From Eukaryota sp. TZLM1-RC (taxonomy: Eukaryota > Protista > Metamonada: BaSk clade), in the NCBI GenBank assembly GCA_040285825.1, contig JAUPSS010000004.1, forward strand, positions 4,245,784-4,309,783: a stretch of 64,000 nt of DNA, given 5' to 3'. Within the stretch, counting starts at the first letter, position 1, and each line of letters opens with the position of its first letter. The notes beneath the pieces are model-generated. The model saw nothing but the letters and a program-made list of their open reading frames with translations. It made no database searches and was not told the origin of the DNA. Positions 1-10,572 of this stretch are shown one piece after another. The position numbers and the translations under genes are program-made.

Positions 1-1638
1 CAGAGTGGCATTAATCATGGCAAGAGAGATAAGGAAATAATGTTTGGAATGCCTGTAGTGCTTCCATAACACAGAGAAAATAGGGTCAATGCCTTGTTGG
101 AAGCGATGTCTTGATATCAAATATAGAATCAGCATGTCAGGAATAGCAGCAGAACATAACTGAAGTAAAGCAATCAAAAGCAAGTTCCGAATGGGAGTAA
201 CAGTGTCAAAAAGGATAAAAGAGCAGATCTTCATCAAAGAAGTAATGAGGATAGAACCAATATCTAAAACACACTCAGTCATGAATAAGTGGATATAGTA
301 ACATTCATCAACATCAGTGATCAAAGGACCTCCGTCCTCCGCCTTGGTCTTGTTGAGTGGTACGATACCGGTACCCTTCCTCTTGAGAGGGAGAAAGGAT
401 AAGGTTTGCGAAGTGGTGAGTGAAGAATCATTTGAGGAATTTGATAGGTTGAATCTCGGACCATCAACATGATTAGAATTTTGATCAGAGTCAAAGGAAC
501 CATCAAATTTTGATAGCTCAACGTGTTGCAGTTCTGGGAACAAAGAGGAACAACTGATTTGCCATTCCCTTTTTGAACCACTGCTGTCCTCACTCACTAA
601 ATTGGGAACAGAATCAACCGCAGGAAAACTATCAGATAATTTACTCCTAAACTTTTGATTAGTCGAACTAAAAGAACCTGAAGAGCACACGGATTCACTA
701 TAGACATTGGAACTATTTGTTCTACATTCATTCCTAGGAACCAAAGCAGAACTAATCTGAGCCAAGACAATGTCCCGATACCTCACCGTAAACCTCCAAA
801 AAACGTCACCAAGACCAGCAAGAAGAAGCATGACAGAAGTTTCCCAGAAGGAACCAGCATTAGTGATTAAAAGACGAAGCACTAGCAGTTTGCAGGCATT
901 TTGGTATGTTATAAGGAAAACCCTGTCGTGAGGAGAGGTTTTAACATTGTTAAGAGCAAGCCTAGCACTGTACAGCATCATTCCACTAAACATTGGAGCA
1001 ATGATAACACGAATTACAAGTCTTGAAGTGATATCGTCATCATCAGAAAAGTATGCGGGCAGGATCAAAAACTCCATAAAGAGGATGTAGAAAAGAAATG
1101 GGAGGTACAAGCGAAAGAAGCAGGATTTAGATATAATGTTACGTTTAGAAACAAAATGGGCAAAGTGAAAGATGTGGAATGAAAACAAAACATAGAGGAC
1201 AACCAACAAGAGTCCAGCAGGAAGAAGGTTGGCGAAAGTGTAGGGCTTGAATGCAGACCACAGACAAATAATGATGGCAAAGGTGAGGGTATGGACTCTA
1301 AACTTCTTTAGCTGTTCACGAAAAAGAATGTACCAAGGTAAGAAGGGATAGATGAGAACACTGACATTTTGAATGACGTTATCGATGGTTAGAAAGAACA
1401 GATCGTTGCGAGTGCGGTCAGAGGGTTCACAAAACATAGAGACCCGTGAAATAAGGGTGTAGAATATATAGATGAAGGCAGGAATAGCCACCATAAACCC
1501 ATTGAGAAACAGAGTGGGGTAAAACTTGATGACAGAAATCAAAGCAGGAAAAAACGACTTGGGAGTAGGTTCGTCTATAGAGACATCATCTGAAGTACCG
1601 CCCCATGCAGCAGGGATAGGACTGTCACCATCACTCAT
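1..1638 (-). CDS. Multi-pass membrane protein of unknown family, 3'-partial (runs off the window edge)
   Basis: Not in the ORF track. ATG at 1638 (MSDGDSPIPAAWGG...), then 546 codons with no stop to base 1. Several hydrophobic segments flank a Ser-rich loop. Confidence 0.8.
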   Translation of the reverse strand, partial: MSDGDSPIPAAWGGTSDDVSIDEPTPKSFFPALISVIKFYPTLFLNGFMVAIPAFIYIFYTLISRVSMFCEPSDRTRNDLFFLTIDNVIQNVSVLIYPFLPWYILFREQLKKFRVHTLTFAIIICLWSAFKPYTFANLLPAGLLLVVLYVLFSFHIFHFAHFVSKRNIISKSCFFRLYLPFLFYILFMEFLILPAYFSDDDDITSRLVIRVIIAPMFSGMMLYSARLALNNVKTSPHDRVFLITYQNACKLLVLRLLITNAGSFWETSVMLLLAGLGDVFWRFTVRYRDIVLAQISSALVPRNECRTNSSNVYSESVCSSGSFSSTNQKFRSKLSDSFPAVDSVPNLVSEDSSGSKREWQISCSSLFPELQHVELSKFDGSFDSDQNSNHVDGPRFNLSNSSNDSSLTTSQTLSFLPLKRKGTGIVPLNKTKAEDGGPLITDVDECYYIHLFMTECVLDIGSILITSLMKICSFILFDTVTPIRNLLLIALLQLCSAAIPDMLILYLISRHRFQQGIDPIFSVLWKHYRHSKHYFLISLAMINATL

Positions 1639-2029
1639 CGTTGATTTAGTGGGTTAATAATCAATGGTTCAATCGAATTTTCGTGGCAAGCTTCAGTTGA
1701 ACTTTCGACTTTGTTTACTTGTTCACTTTTGTATTGCTATTTGTCTGTGTCGTAATTAGAGAAGGAACGTTTTCCTGAAAACCAACAATTGTGTCAGTGT
1801 CTATTTATTTTATTTGCAGAAAGAAATTGAATGCATCTCTCCTCGTATCTGGCACAATTGCCTTCCTGCTGATGTTCAAGAAATTTCACCAATTGTCGTC
1901 AAGCAAATGTGTATTCTCAGTAGATCGTAATTGTTTACTCATGTCGACAATAAAGTGTAGTATTTACAATTGCTTCCGCAAAAATTAACAAAAAACCGCA
2001 AAAAAGCATTTATAATTTTTTTGTTCACT

Positions 2030-2215
2030 TCATATTTATTGAACATGCACACTTAATTAAATTAACTCAATACTAATGGGACTACTATCATTGAACCAAG
2101 ATGCTGTCTAACTAAAGCTTCTCTTATTCGATTGAAAAACCGTGGTAATCTATTAATAATGGCAAATTGAATCCGTGAACGCCATAAAAAATATCAAATC
2201 TTTTCATTGTTTTTT
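2030..2215 (-). mobile_element. 3' end fragment of RLE non-LTR subfamily B
   Basis: Near-identical to 11915-12125 and 29650-29860 (C-terminus ...WRSRIQFAIINRLPRFFNRIREAL plus 3' UTR). Confidence 0.8.
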
Positions 2216-2273
2216 CTTAAACTTTTTTTTTAACTTATTTATTTTTATTCAACAACAAATATGAAACACACAA

Positions 2274-4195
2274 TTAAAACTCCACATCCTCAAAACCTGC
2301 CTCCCCTACATCAAAACAATTAATTGCTAAAGATTCAGAAAATTTCCCAAAAGAAGATAGTGAATCAGAAATTAGTTTTACCATTCCCTTAAAAATAGAA
2401 AATACAATCCTGTTTTGCCAGTAAACACGATTGAAAATTCTTCCAGTTCTTTCCTTTACAACTACAACAAAATCCTCAAGGAAAGCCATAGCAGCCTTAC
2501 CTAGAGATCCAAGCAAAGAAAAAACAAATGGACATAAATTATATTGGGCATGAGAATTTTCATTAACCGAGGAAATGCGTTTCGCATATTTAGCAATTTT
2601 ATATTTTTCGCCTGCAAAAAGAGGATTATTTACATCCGAGTTAATGAGATGTTCGTTAGAGGAATTACAAGGGTCGATAGACATGGCGTCTGAAATAGTA
2701 AAACTACCATTTAAACCAGGAACAACTAGATCACCTCTAGTCAGACCCATAGAAGCTCTGCTGTAACGCGTACTATCAATATTGGGATCATCAAGAATAA
2801 ATTTTGATAACAGCGGTTCTAAAAAGGAATCTACTCTATATGATTTGCACATTACATAAATTTGGTCCCTGACGTTATTATGCACTTTGCTTCTAAACGT
2901 AATGAAATGTTTGCAGTTCAAAAGATGAGTAAACAAAAGAGGTTTACCACATTTACAAGTTAAATGATTGGGCAAATTGTTTGGCCACAGAAAACAACGA
3001 AAACGCATGTTTAGAAGCCATTCATTTTTTTTAACAAAAGTCCATAAACAGAGGGAACTTGAGTGACTAAAGCAGCAGCTGAACTATCACGAATATCCTT
3101 TAAAAAATTACCGAAAGCGGGATTTTTAGTTTTGGCCAAGCCAAGTCTTACTTCATAATCCAAGCCTTCATATAATTTAACCAGATGGTGCTGAAGCTTT
3201 TTCAAGCAAAAACGTAAATTTGGAAGTGATCGGGTGGGAATTTCTTGAACATTTTGAGGAAAACACTGAATCCAGATATCACTAGGCAAATTTTTTAATT
3301 CAAATTGCAGTTGATTCAAGTAAAAATTTGATTCACCATTGGTCAGATGAACATCAAAAGGGAACCTTTGGAAAAATTCAAAAACAAAATTTTTACCACC
3401 TCCCAAAAATGCTGCTTTACACAGAATCGAAGATTTGGTGAATCCAAATCCACCCAAATCTGCTGAACAAAATACATGACTTCGAATTAAAGATTCATTT
3501 ACTTCTAATAAAGAAGAAAAAAATTTGACTCGAAGTTTGTTAAAAGATCTGCAAAAATTGAGAGATACCGATGGGGAGTTGACCTTAAAATATGAGTGAA
3601 TTTTCCAGAATAACAAATTTTTAAAATAAAAAATTTGATGTGTTTCTCAATGTCACATTCAGCAATAAAACTAAGATCCTTGTCAAACTTCTCCAATAAA
3701 TTGTTTAACTGGGAATAAATTTCATCCAAATTGCCAAGCCAACATCCAAGAAACTTAAAAGCTTGTTGGTCATAATTGATTAAAGGAATCTGAGCTCCAC
3801 CAATCATCAAAGATTGTTTTTCTCTACCAATCAAGAGACATTTAGATGGGTTCAAAGCTAAACCAATTTCTTTGTATTTCGCCGCAATGTCTTCGGAAAC
3901 CCTAGAAATGCTTTCAAAAGAACCAATAATAGAAATGCCATCCATATAGGCAACAATACGCAAATCAGGGAAATCTTGTTGTGTCATTTTAATAATATTA
4001 TGAATAGCCAAACAAAACAGCAAAGGGCCAAGAGGATCACCTTGTTTCACACTAGAAGAAGATTCAAGGGTAAAGGAGTCAAAAATTAAGTCTGATTTTT
4101 TTCCATAAAATAAATAAAAATATGCAGAAAGTTCAGGAAAATCATGAAGAATCACATCAAAAATACAATTACGTTTCACAGAATTGAAAGCTTAA
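2274..4195 (-). mobile_element. Truncated, frameshifted CRE-like RLE non-LTR retrotransposon (subfamily A)
   Basis: RT motifs VKQGDPLGPLLFCLAIH, AYMD(G), FKFLG; CCHC finger (CKCG..HLLNC); restriction-like endonuclease RGDLVV..D..K. Confidence 0.88.
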
Positions 4196-4209
4196 ACCAT
4201 TCTTAAACC

Positions 4210-4580
4210 ATTATTTGGAAGTCATTCAAAAAAATTTCTGCTTCATCTGATAATCTTCCATTTATCGAAAATGGGAAAACAATAAAAACCAGCTGTGTAT
4301 TTCCATCAGCATTAGCTTCTTCAATATCTTAATCATATTTTTTATGTTTTTCTTTTGCTTTAAAATCAAGAGCACTCACAGGATTAAGTTTTCTTCTGTG
4401 AACCAAAGTATCATTTGCAACATTACATGAGACAAAGTCAACAATAGCTTCAGAATTATCAATCCAATCACAGTATACATCACCTCTATCATCAGAACTA
4501 AAATTATTCAGAGAAAGTGTTTCCTTCAGCAGAGGCTCTTTGATACACGATATCCTTGCAGTTTGTGCCATTTTGAAAAT
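4210..4580 (-). mobile_element. RLE non-LTR subfamily B endonuclease fragment
   Basis: KEPLL..DDRGDVYCDW..IVDFVSC; matches ORF 11971-12576. Confidence 0.85.
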
Positions 4581-4859
4581 CTGTAGGAGCGTGGCTTTGT
4601 TTTTGAACAAACTTTGTTTTCATCGTGATTTTCTAAAAATTCTTGATCAGAATTTTTTTGTCCAAAAATGAAGAGAGAAGAGGTTGAGGAGGAGAGGTGG
4701 AAAGGACGTCTTGAACATCTTGTTGTCTATCGTTCTTTCTTTTGACTCCATTAGAATCAGAAACTGATTCAGGCATCAACAAGAAAGAATAGAAGCAATG
4801 ATCGCGGTTCAGCCAGGTTGTAAGTTAAACGGTTTTATGTAGAGGAAGAAAATATAGAG

Positions 4860-5085
4860 AACATTTATCCAAATTATTTACACAACAGCATGCAAAATAC
4901 AATTTTATCATGTGTATTGTTTTCTCATTGGTTCATCTGCTCCCAGACCCTACGTTTTCTGGCAGATTTTGAACTGATTTTTGAACGAAGACCATTAGAA
5001 CTTTTAACAGATTTTTTGTGCCAGAATAGAAATGTTTTTTTATTTTTAAGCGGGTGTTGAAGCTGGTTTCTGATGCTTTGCTTAT
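4860..5085 (+). mobile_element. Eroded 3' fragment of RLE non-LTR subfamily D
   Basis: Similar to 30615-30835 (cagcatgcaaaatacaattt...gtttctgatgctttgct). Confidence 0.65.
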
Positions 5086-5202
5086 TGAACATCATTGACA
5101 ATTTTGATGCTGAAATCACTCAAAAATCCCCAATTTCATCCCAGTCCTTCAACATTGGTATACAGGACATTTATTCCATTGTTATAGACATTATCTGTCA
5201 GA

Positions 5203-6588
5203 ATGGACAATAACCTTACAGCAAGGGAACATGCTATTGACAAGTGGCTTCACCGTCTACAAGGTTCAAAAGCATTTTCTGATCTTTCCACACATAGTCC
5301 TTCTTCTGATGATGCACACTACCAATCCTTCCGTAAAAGACTATTGGACTTATCAAAGTCTGCTGAAGCCCTCTCTACACGATCCTCTCCACGTGCTAGA
5401 ACTCCGTCCTCCCCCAAACGAGCTTCCTATCTCGGTGAAGCCTTCTCTCAACCGCTTCGTATCAATCACCCTGGATCTCCCACTTCTGCCTTTGCTACAG
5501 ACATCATTAACCGAACCCTATCTCCAGCCAGGAAAGCCGAGTTCATAGAAGACTCAACCACCCCCCAATCTAAAGCACCAAAAAACCAATCAGTAACTCC
5601 TGAATCAAGGCCAATTTCCAGGCACAGAATGTCCCTTCTCCAACAAAGAAGAAGAGAACGTAGAAAGGAAGAAAAGAGCAGAGTGATTGAGGATCATGAC
5701 AGAAATGTCCAAGCGACCCCACAAAGCTCAAAAATAGTCCAGAAATTACGTGAATCACGTGCCCACGAACTAACTAGTTTATTTGATGTGAACCAAACAG
5801 GACTAATAGGGACTGGTACCTTGACTGAATTTATTAATGGAGAATTAAACTACAAATTCAATTTATCACCATCTGATTTTCAATTCATTTCTGCTATTAT
5901 TCAATCTGTTTTAATCCAAAAAGAGGATGAACCTGAAGAACTCAATGGTATTGTTATGTTTGAAGACTTAAAGAATGCTATACTGAGTGGTTTGAATCAG
6001 TCTAATGCATTTGGCTACTCAAACTCAATAGTTTTGAATAGTAAAAGTCCAGAGAAAGGTGAAGAAAGAACAGAGAATTCTCCCGAAGTCAAGGAGAATT
6101 TTGAGCCTTTTTCTCCTAGAACATGTCCTGGAACTAATAAAATGGTAAAGAAAAGGCTTTCTAGACCAAAGAGTCCTTTATTGCGTAGTTTTGAGCTTCA
6201 TCGTGATCATTCTGACCGTCAGTCACGTTTACAAGAGCTATCAAAAAAGATCGAATCAGAACGACTTAAAGAATGCTCTTTCAAGCCCACTATCTCACCA
6301 AATCCTTCTACTTCCTCTATAACAACCAATGGCGAAAGTCCTGCCTTTGCGCGATTGAACAAGTCCAGGAATCTGCTCAGTACAGAAGAAATTGAGCTTG
6401 AAAGTAAATGTAGTTTCAAGCCCAGGATTGTAGATTGTCCTGAATTTATAAAAGAATTTAATGAGAAAAGAAGGCTTGAAAGGAGAACCAAAAAACAGTT
6501 GAGTAGGTCCAATTCACCTATAGTTTCAAGGTCATATACTCCAAGTAGAGGCAGGGTTAAGGGTGTTGTTCCTTTAGTTGATCTGTAA
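5203..6588 (+). CDS. Hypothetical protein, Ser/Pro-rich, with repeated (E/K)CSFKPxI motifs and a degenerate EF-hand-like loop; possibly cytoskeletal or flagellar
   Basis: 461-aa ORF; KECSFKPTI and SKCSFKPRI repeats; DVNQTGLI loop. Confidence 0.75.
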   Translation: MDNNLTAREHAIDKWLHRLQGSKAFSDLSTHSPSSDDAHYQSFRKRLLDLSKSAEALSTRSSPRARTPSSPKRASYLGEAFSQPLRINHPGSPTSAFATDIINRTLSPARKAEFIEDSTTPQSKAPKNQSVTPESRPISRHRMSLLQQRRRERRKEEKSRVIEDHDRNVQATPQSSKIVQKLRESRAHELTSLFDVNQTGLIGTGTLTEFINGELNYKFNLSPSDFQFISAIIQSVLIQKEDEPEELNGIVMFEDLKNAILSGLNQSNAFGYSNSIVLNSKSPEKGEERTENSPEVKENFEPFSPRTCPGTNKMVKKRLSRPKSPLLRSFELHRDHSDRQSRLQELSKKIESERLKECSFKPTISPNPSTSSITTNGESPAFARLNKSRNLLSTEEIELESKCSFKPRIVDCPEFIKEFNEKRRLERRTKKQLSRSNSPIVSRSYTPSRGRVKGVVPLVDL

Positions 6589-7286
6589 AATATGATAATA
6601 GATTAGTAGAATACATCTATTTATTGATTTTTTTTGTTTTTTTTGTTTTTTTGTTTTACAATGTTTTTATTGATAGAAAAATGGAATTTTTTTACTCTTG
6701 ATGAATCATTATTTTAGACAAGGATCTTAAAGAAAGCTACAAATTTTGAATTACAAATAATGCAAGATTGAAGTTTCTATCCCTGTAAACGATCCCTACA
6801 CTATAGACTTTCACTACCACTGAGTCTGGCTTCAGCAATTGCAAACATATTCAGACAATCCAGCTAATTTTCAAGGAACCGCTTCTGTGAACCATTGCTA
6901 CTGAATTTACAACTCTCACTATTGCAAGTTACCAAACTAGGACACAATTTATACTATACTTTGTTGTTTTTACAACAATTACAATATGTGTTTCTACAAC
7001 GCATGACCTTTCTGCTTAATTTTTTCTTTTTATCAAATATAAATCACATTATAAAGAATTCACTAAAAGATTGAATTTTTCAGACATAGCACTTATTGAT
7101 TGTAACAATAAATGAGATAGTTTTATTGTTGAATAACAATAGAGTATATAAAAACATCATTATAGCTCAAATTGTGACAAACTCTCCAGTTTTGCTTTTA
7201 TAGTTTGTGAAAATTGGTTGATCAAAACTTGATTCATCTTAATCTGAAAGAGTTGCTACTATACGACATTAGTGTGCTATTAGCTG

Positions 7287-8453
7287 ATGTCAATCTCTTC
7301 CCTTTTAGACCTTCATTCTGTGTTATCTCTGCCTTTCGATCACACTTCTCAGCAAGAAATTGATTCCTTCTTAAAGAACATTCCCGTAATCAATGAAACA
7401 CTTGAAGCAATGGATAAACGACGCTCTAATGCCATTCATAATGAAGACTTTACTCTTGCTTCTCGTCTTGATTCTGCCATATTTGAACTCCGTTCCCATA
7501 AAATCAAACACTCAACTCTTCTCCACCAAACCTCACGTAACCTAGTCTCACAGTCATCATCTCGTGTGAAGCAAACCCTTAACAGTGCCAGACTGCAGTC
7601 CATTAATCGAAGTAGGTTTTTGAATGATTCCTTGTTGGAGAAGGAAAAGGAAAAGCTTTTAAGTCTTCATGAATCTCAGAAAGCTGCTCTCAAAGCACGT
7701 CATACTTCCCAAATCTCCCAGTTAAAAACCCAATCAACGACCGTCATTCAAGAGAAGAAAAACACGATGCGATCTTTCATCAAAAGTGGAAACCTTGAAG
7801 AAGCTTATGCCTTGAAGTTAGAAATTGGTGAACTTGAAAAGAAGGAAGAAGAACAATGTAGGGAGGTGATGAAGGAGGAGCAAGAAAATGAGATGATGGA
7901 GTTGGTAGAGAGACAACGCATTGAATATTTGGAGTTGTTCAGTAAGGGTAAGGAGAAGAGATCATCTAGGGATCACCGCGGGAGTGCTGAAAGTCTTGCA
8001 GTGTCAACACCAAGATCTCGACCTGTCAGTGCTTATGAACTCTCAGTCCCTTTATCTCCATCATTTAAAGGAAACCATGATCGGAAACCAGTCATTAATC
8101 ATTCTAGATCACAGTCATCAATGAGCTCTTTTCGAGGTTGTCAGTTTGACGAGAAGGTATCAATAGATTTGTGTGATTTTGGACAAACAAGATCGATTTT
8201 GATGACCACTGTTGGAGAAGATGTTCTGATGGCTAAGAAAGCTCGTGATTACGGTGTCGATACAGTCATTAAAGATTTGATTGATGGGGTTTTTAACTGT
8301 CACAATGAAAGGTTGTTGCCTTTGAATCTTTCAGTTACTGCCTCTAGAAGTAATGACGAACGCAGAAAACTTGTTCAGCTGAAAAGGAATTATGAAGCTA
8401 GCTTGAGACCTTTTATGAAGGTCAAGGCTCAGAAAATGTTTGACCATTCTTGA
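7287..8453 (+). CDS. Hypothetical coiled-coil protein
   Basis: 388-aa ORF with long E/K/Q-rich heptad regions. Confidence 0.75.
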   Translation: MSISSLLDLHSVLSLPFDHTSQQEIDSFLKNIPVINETLEAMDKRRSNAIHNEDFTLASRLDSAIFELRSHKIKHSTLLHQTSRNLVSQSSSRVKQTLNSARLQSINRSRFLNDSLLEKEKEKLLSLHESQKAALKARHTSQISQLKTQSTTVIQEKKNTMRSFIKSGNLEEAYALKLEIGELEKKEEEQCREVMKEEQENEMMELVERQRIEYLELFSKGKEKRSSRDHRGSAESLAVSTPRSRPVSAYELSVPLSPSFKGNHDRKPVINHSRSQSSMSSFRGCQFDEKVSIDLCDFGQTRSILMTTVGEDVLMAKKARDYGVDTVIKDLIDGVFNCHNERLLPLNLSVTASRSNDERRKLVQLKRNYEASLRPFMKVKAQKMFDHS

Positions 8454-8560
8454 CTCTTGATTTGTATAATGTGTATATTAGTGGAATTTTTCAATTTTAT
8501 TCCTTTTTTAGTTTGTTTTTTATTTATAAATATTCATTTGGTTACTTTCCTTGTCTAGGT

Positions 8561-8875
8561 TTCTCGAGTGTTAAGCGAAGACGTTGTCCTGAAGTGGGTT
8601 CGAAAGAAATGGAATCTCCTAAGTGCACTTCTTTCATATAAGGTTTAGGAAGATTGTCATGAGAAAAGCTTCAGTTAATAAGTTAATTTAATAATAAATT
8701 TTTATTTTTTATAGCTTTCTAATGCTGAATTTAGGGTCTTCCAAATTCTATAAGGGGAAGGGAAAATCTGAAGAAATTAAATTAAAATCAGGGATGGAGC
8801 TTGTTTTTGATTTGAGGTATTTGTTCAGAAGATCGATGATGTATGGTTCGATTTGATGAGTCAAATTCGGTAAAA
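8561..8875 (-). pseudogene. Interrupted relic of the 5' end of the GSK3 gene
   Basis: 8561-8665 is nearly identical to 63271-63375. 8828-8873 resembles 63373-63418 (EFDSSNRTIHHRSS vs [14 protein letters not shown]). Confidence 0.8.
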
Positions 8876-9264
8876 TCTCGTAAGATCCTGGTAGAGATTG
8901 ATTTAATTTCAAAGATCCTTATCATTCTATCTTCGAGCCTTTTGATTGCTGGTGAATTGCCCATCAACCATAGGAACATTGCCAGCAAAAACAAAATATA
9001 TTACTTTAAACTTTAAAGTTTAGAATCTAAAGGAATTTCATCCAGATCCCTTTCCCAATGACTAATAGCTTCAGTAACCAACAATCGACCATCAGTTCCA
9101 TCGAGAAAGACCACGCAACGTTAAGATCTAATCATGTGTGTTGTGCGTGGTCATTGAGACACATCCTGTACAGTTGCTCAATGTAGTGTGAATCATTTGA
9201 ATCCACAACTGGAGCAGGAGTTGACAGAATTCTGCCAGCATTTTTGCTTGTTTTCCACCACTAC

Positions 9265-10374
9265 ATGTTATCTGGAACTTACTGTCCTCTCACCTACAAT
9301 GAGAACTCGCCGTTTGCACCTGCACGACACCTCAACCATGGCCATAGCTACTCATTTAAGGAAATAGTTCTTGTTACTGTTGGTAGCGTCTTTCTTTTTC
9401 CTGTTCGTGTTGTCCTCCTATTTCTAACAACCATTACTTACTGGTTCCTTGTTCGCCTTTTCTCTGTTGGTTATTGGTCAATTCTCCACACCCAAACCCT
9501 TGAGGACCCTCTACCCATATGTAGACGCCGCATCCTTGACGTTGTTAACAAGGTTATGTCTCGCCTCTTCCTTGGTTGTTATGGTATTTGGATGACCAGG
9601 CTAGGAAATCCCTGCTTGGAAGTCCCCACTATCTGTAACCACGTGGCGTTTCTTGACCTGTTCATTCTAATGTCTCATGGAATTCGCACCTTTGTGGTCA
9701 TGAGTGATGTACTGAGTTTTCCTTTTATAGGGTTTATCTTTAGGTCGAACTGTTGTATTTTTGTGGATAGATTGGATAAGTCAGACTGCCAACGAGCTGC
9801 ACACTTATTAACCGAAAGATTGGAAACACTTTCATCCAATCAAAATGATTGCAGAATTCCAGTGACTTCTGTATTTCCTGAAGGTACGATTACTAATTCT
9901 TTTCAACTAATTAAGCTTAAAACGGGAGTTTTTAGACCTTTGGTTAGATTACATCCTGTGGGTTTAAGATTTATTGGTAAAAGATATTTACCTTCAAATA
10001 TAGAAAGAACTTTTCCTCGTCATTTATTCAGAACCCTTTCCCAATTCGTTAATAGAGTTGAAATTGATTTTAGTCATTCTATTGTTTCCCCTCTCTCTAA
10101 TGAAGACTTTTATTCTTATACTCGACGATGTGAATCAATTTTGGCTTCCATCATTAAACGCCCTGTCTCTTCAGCAGTTTGTGAAGATATTGTTGAGTGG
10201 ACCTTGGTTTATGAAGGTAAAATGAACAAGCAGGAAGCAGTGGATAATTATCATTCAAGAAGGAAAAACAAGGGTGATTTTCTGAGTATTAATGATGTTT
10301 TGAACTCTCAATCTAATATAGATGTCGTTATTGATTCAGAAGCTCCTGAAATTGCTGCTGGTGTATCAAGTTAA
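9265..10374 (+). CDS. Lysophospholipid acyltransferase (LPLAT/LPCAT-like, PlsC family)
   Basis: NHVAFLD (HX4D), FVDR and VFPEGT blocks; N-terminal TM segment. Confidence 0.9.
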   Translation: MLSGTYCPLTYNENSPFAPARHLNHGHSYSFKEIVLVTVGSVFLFPVRVVLLFLTTITYWFLVRLFSVGYWSILHTQTLEDPLPICRRRILDVVNKVMSRLFLGCYGIWMTRLGNPCLEVPTICNHVAFLDLFILMSHGIRTFVVMSDVLSFPFIGFIFRSNCCIFVDRLDKSDCQRAAHLLTERLETLSSNQNDCRIPVTSVFPEGTITNSFQLIKLKTGVFRPLVRLHPVGLRFIGKRYLPSNIERTFPRHLFRTLSQFVNRVEIDFSHSIVSPLSNEDFYSYTRRCESILASIIKRPVSSAVCEDIVEWTLVYEGKMNKQEAVDNYHSRRKNKGDFLSINDVLNSQSNIDVVIDSEAPEIAAGVSS

Positions 10375-10572
10375 AAATTGTTTTTTTTTGAATTTTTGTT
10401 AAATGTAATCTCCATTTCTGTAAATCAAATTGTTGTATTGTTTTGGAACACTTCTCAAAAATTAATTCAGTTGTCAAACCCATAAAAATGTAGAAAATAT
10501 GATATAATGTTTTACAAAAGGCGACTGTAAAAATAGTAAAAAGCGAGATATTAAAGAGATTTAATTAATAGA

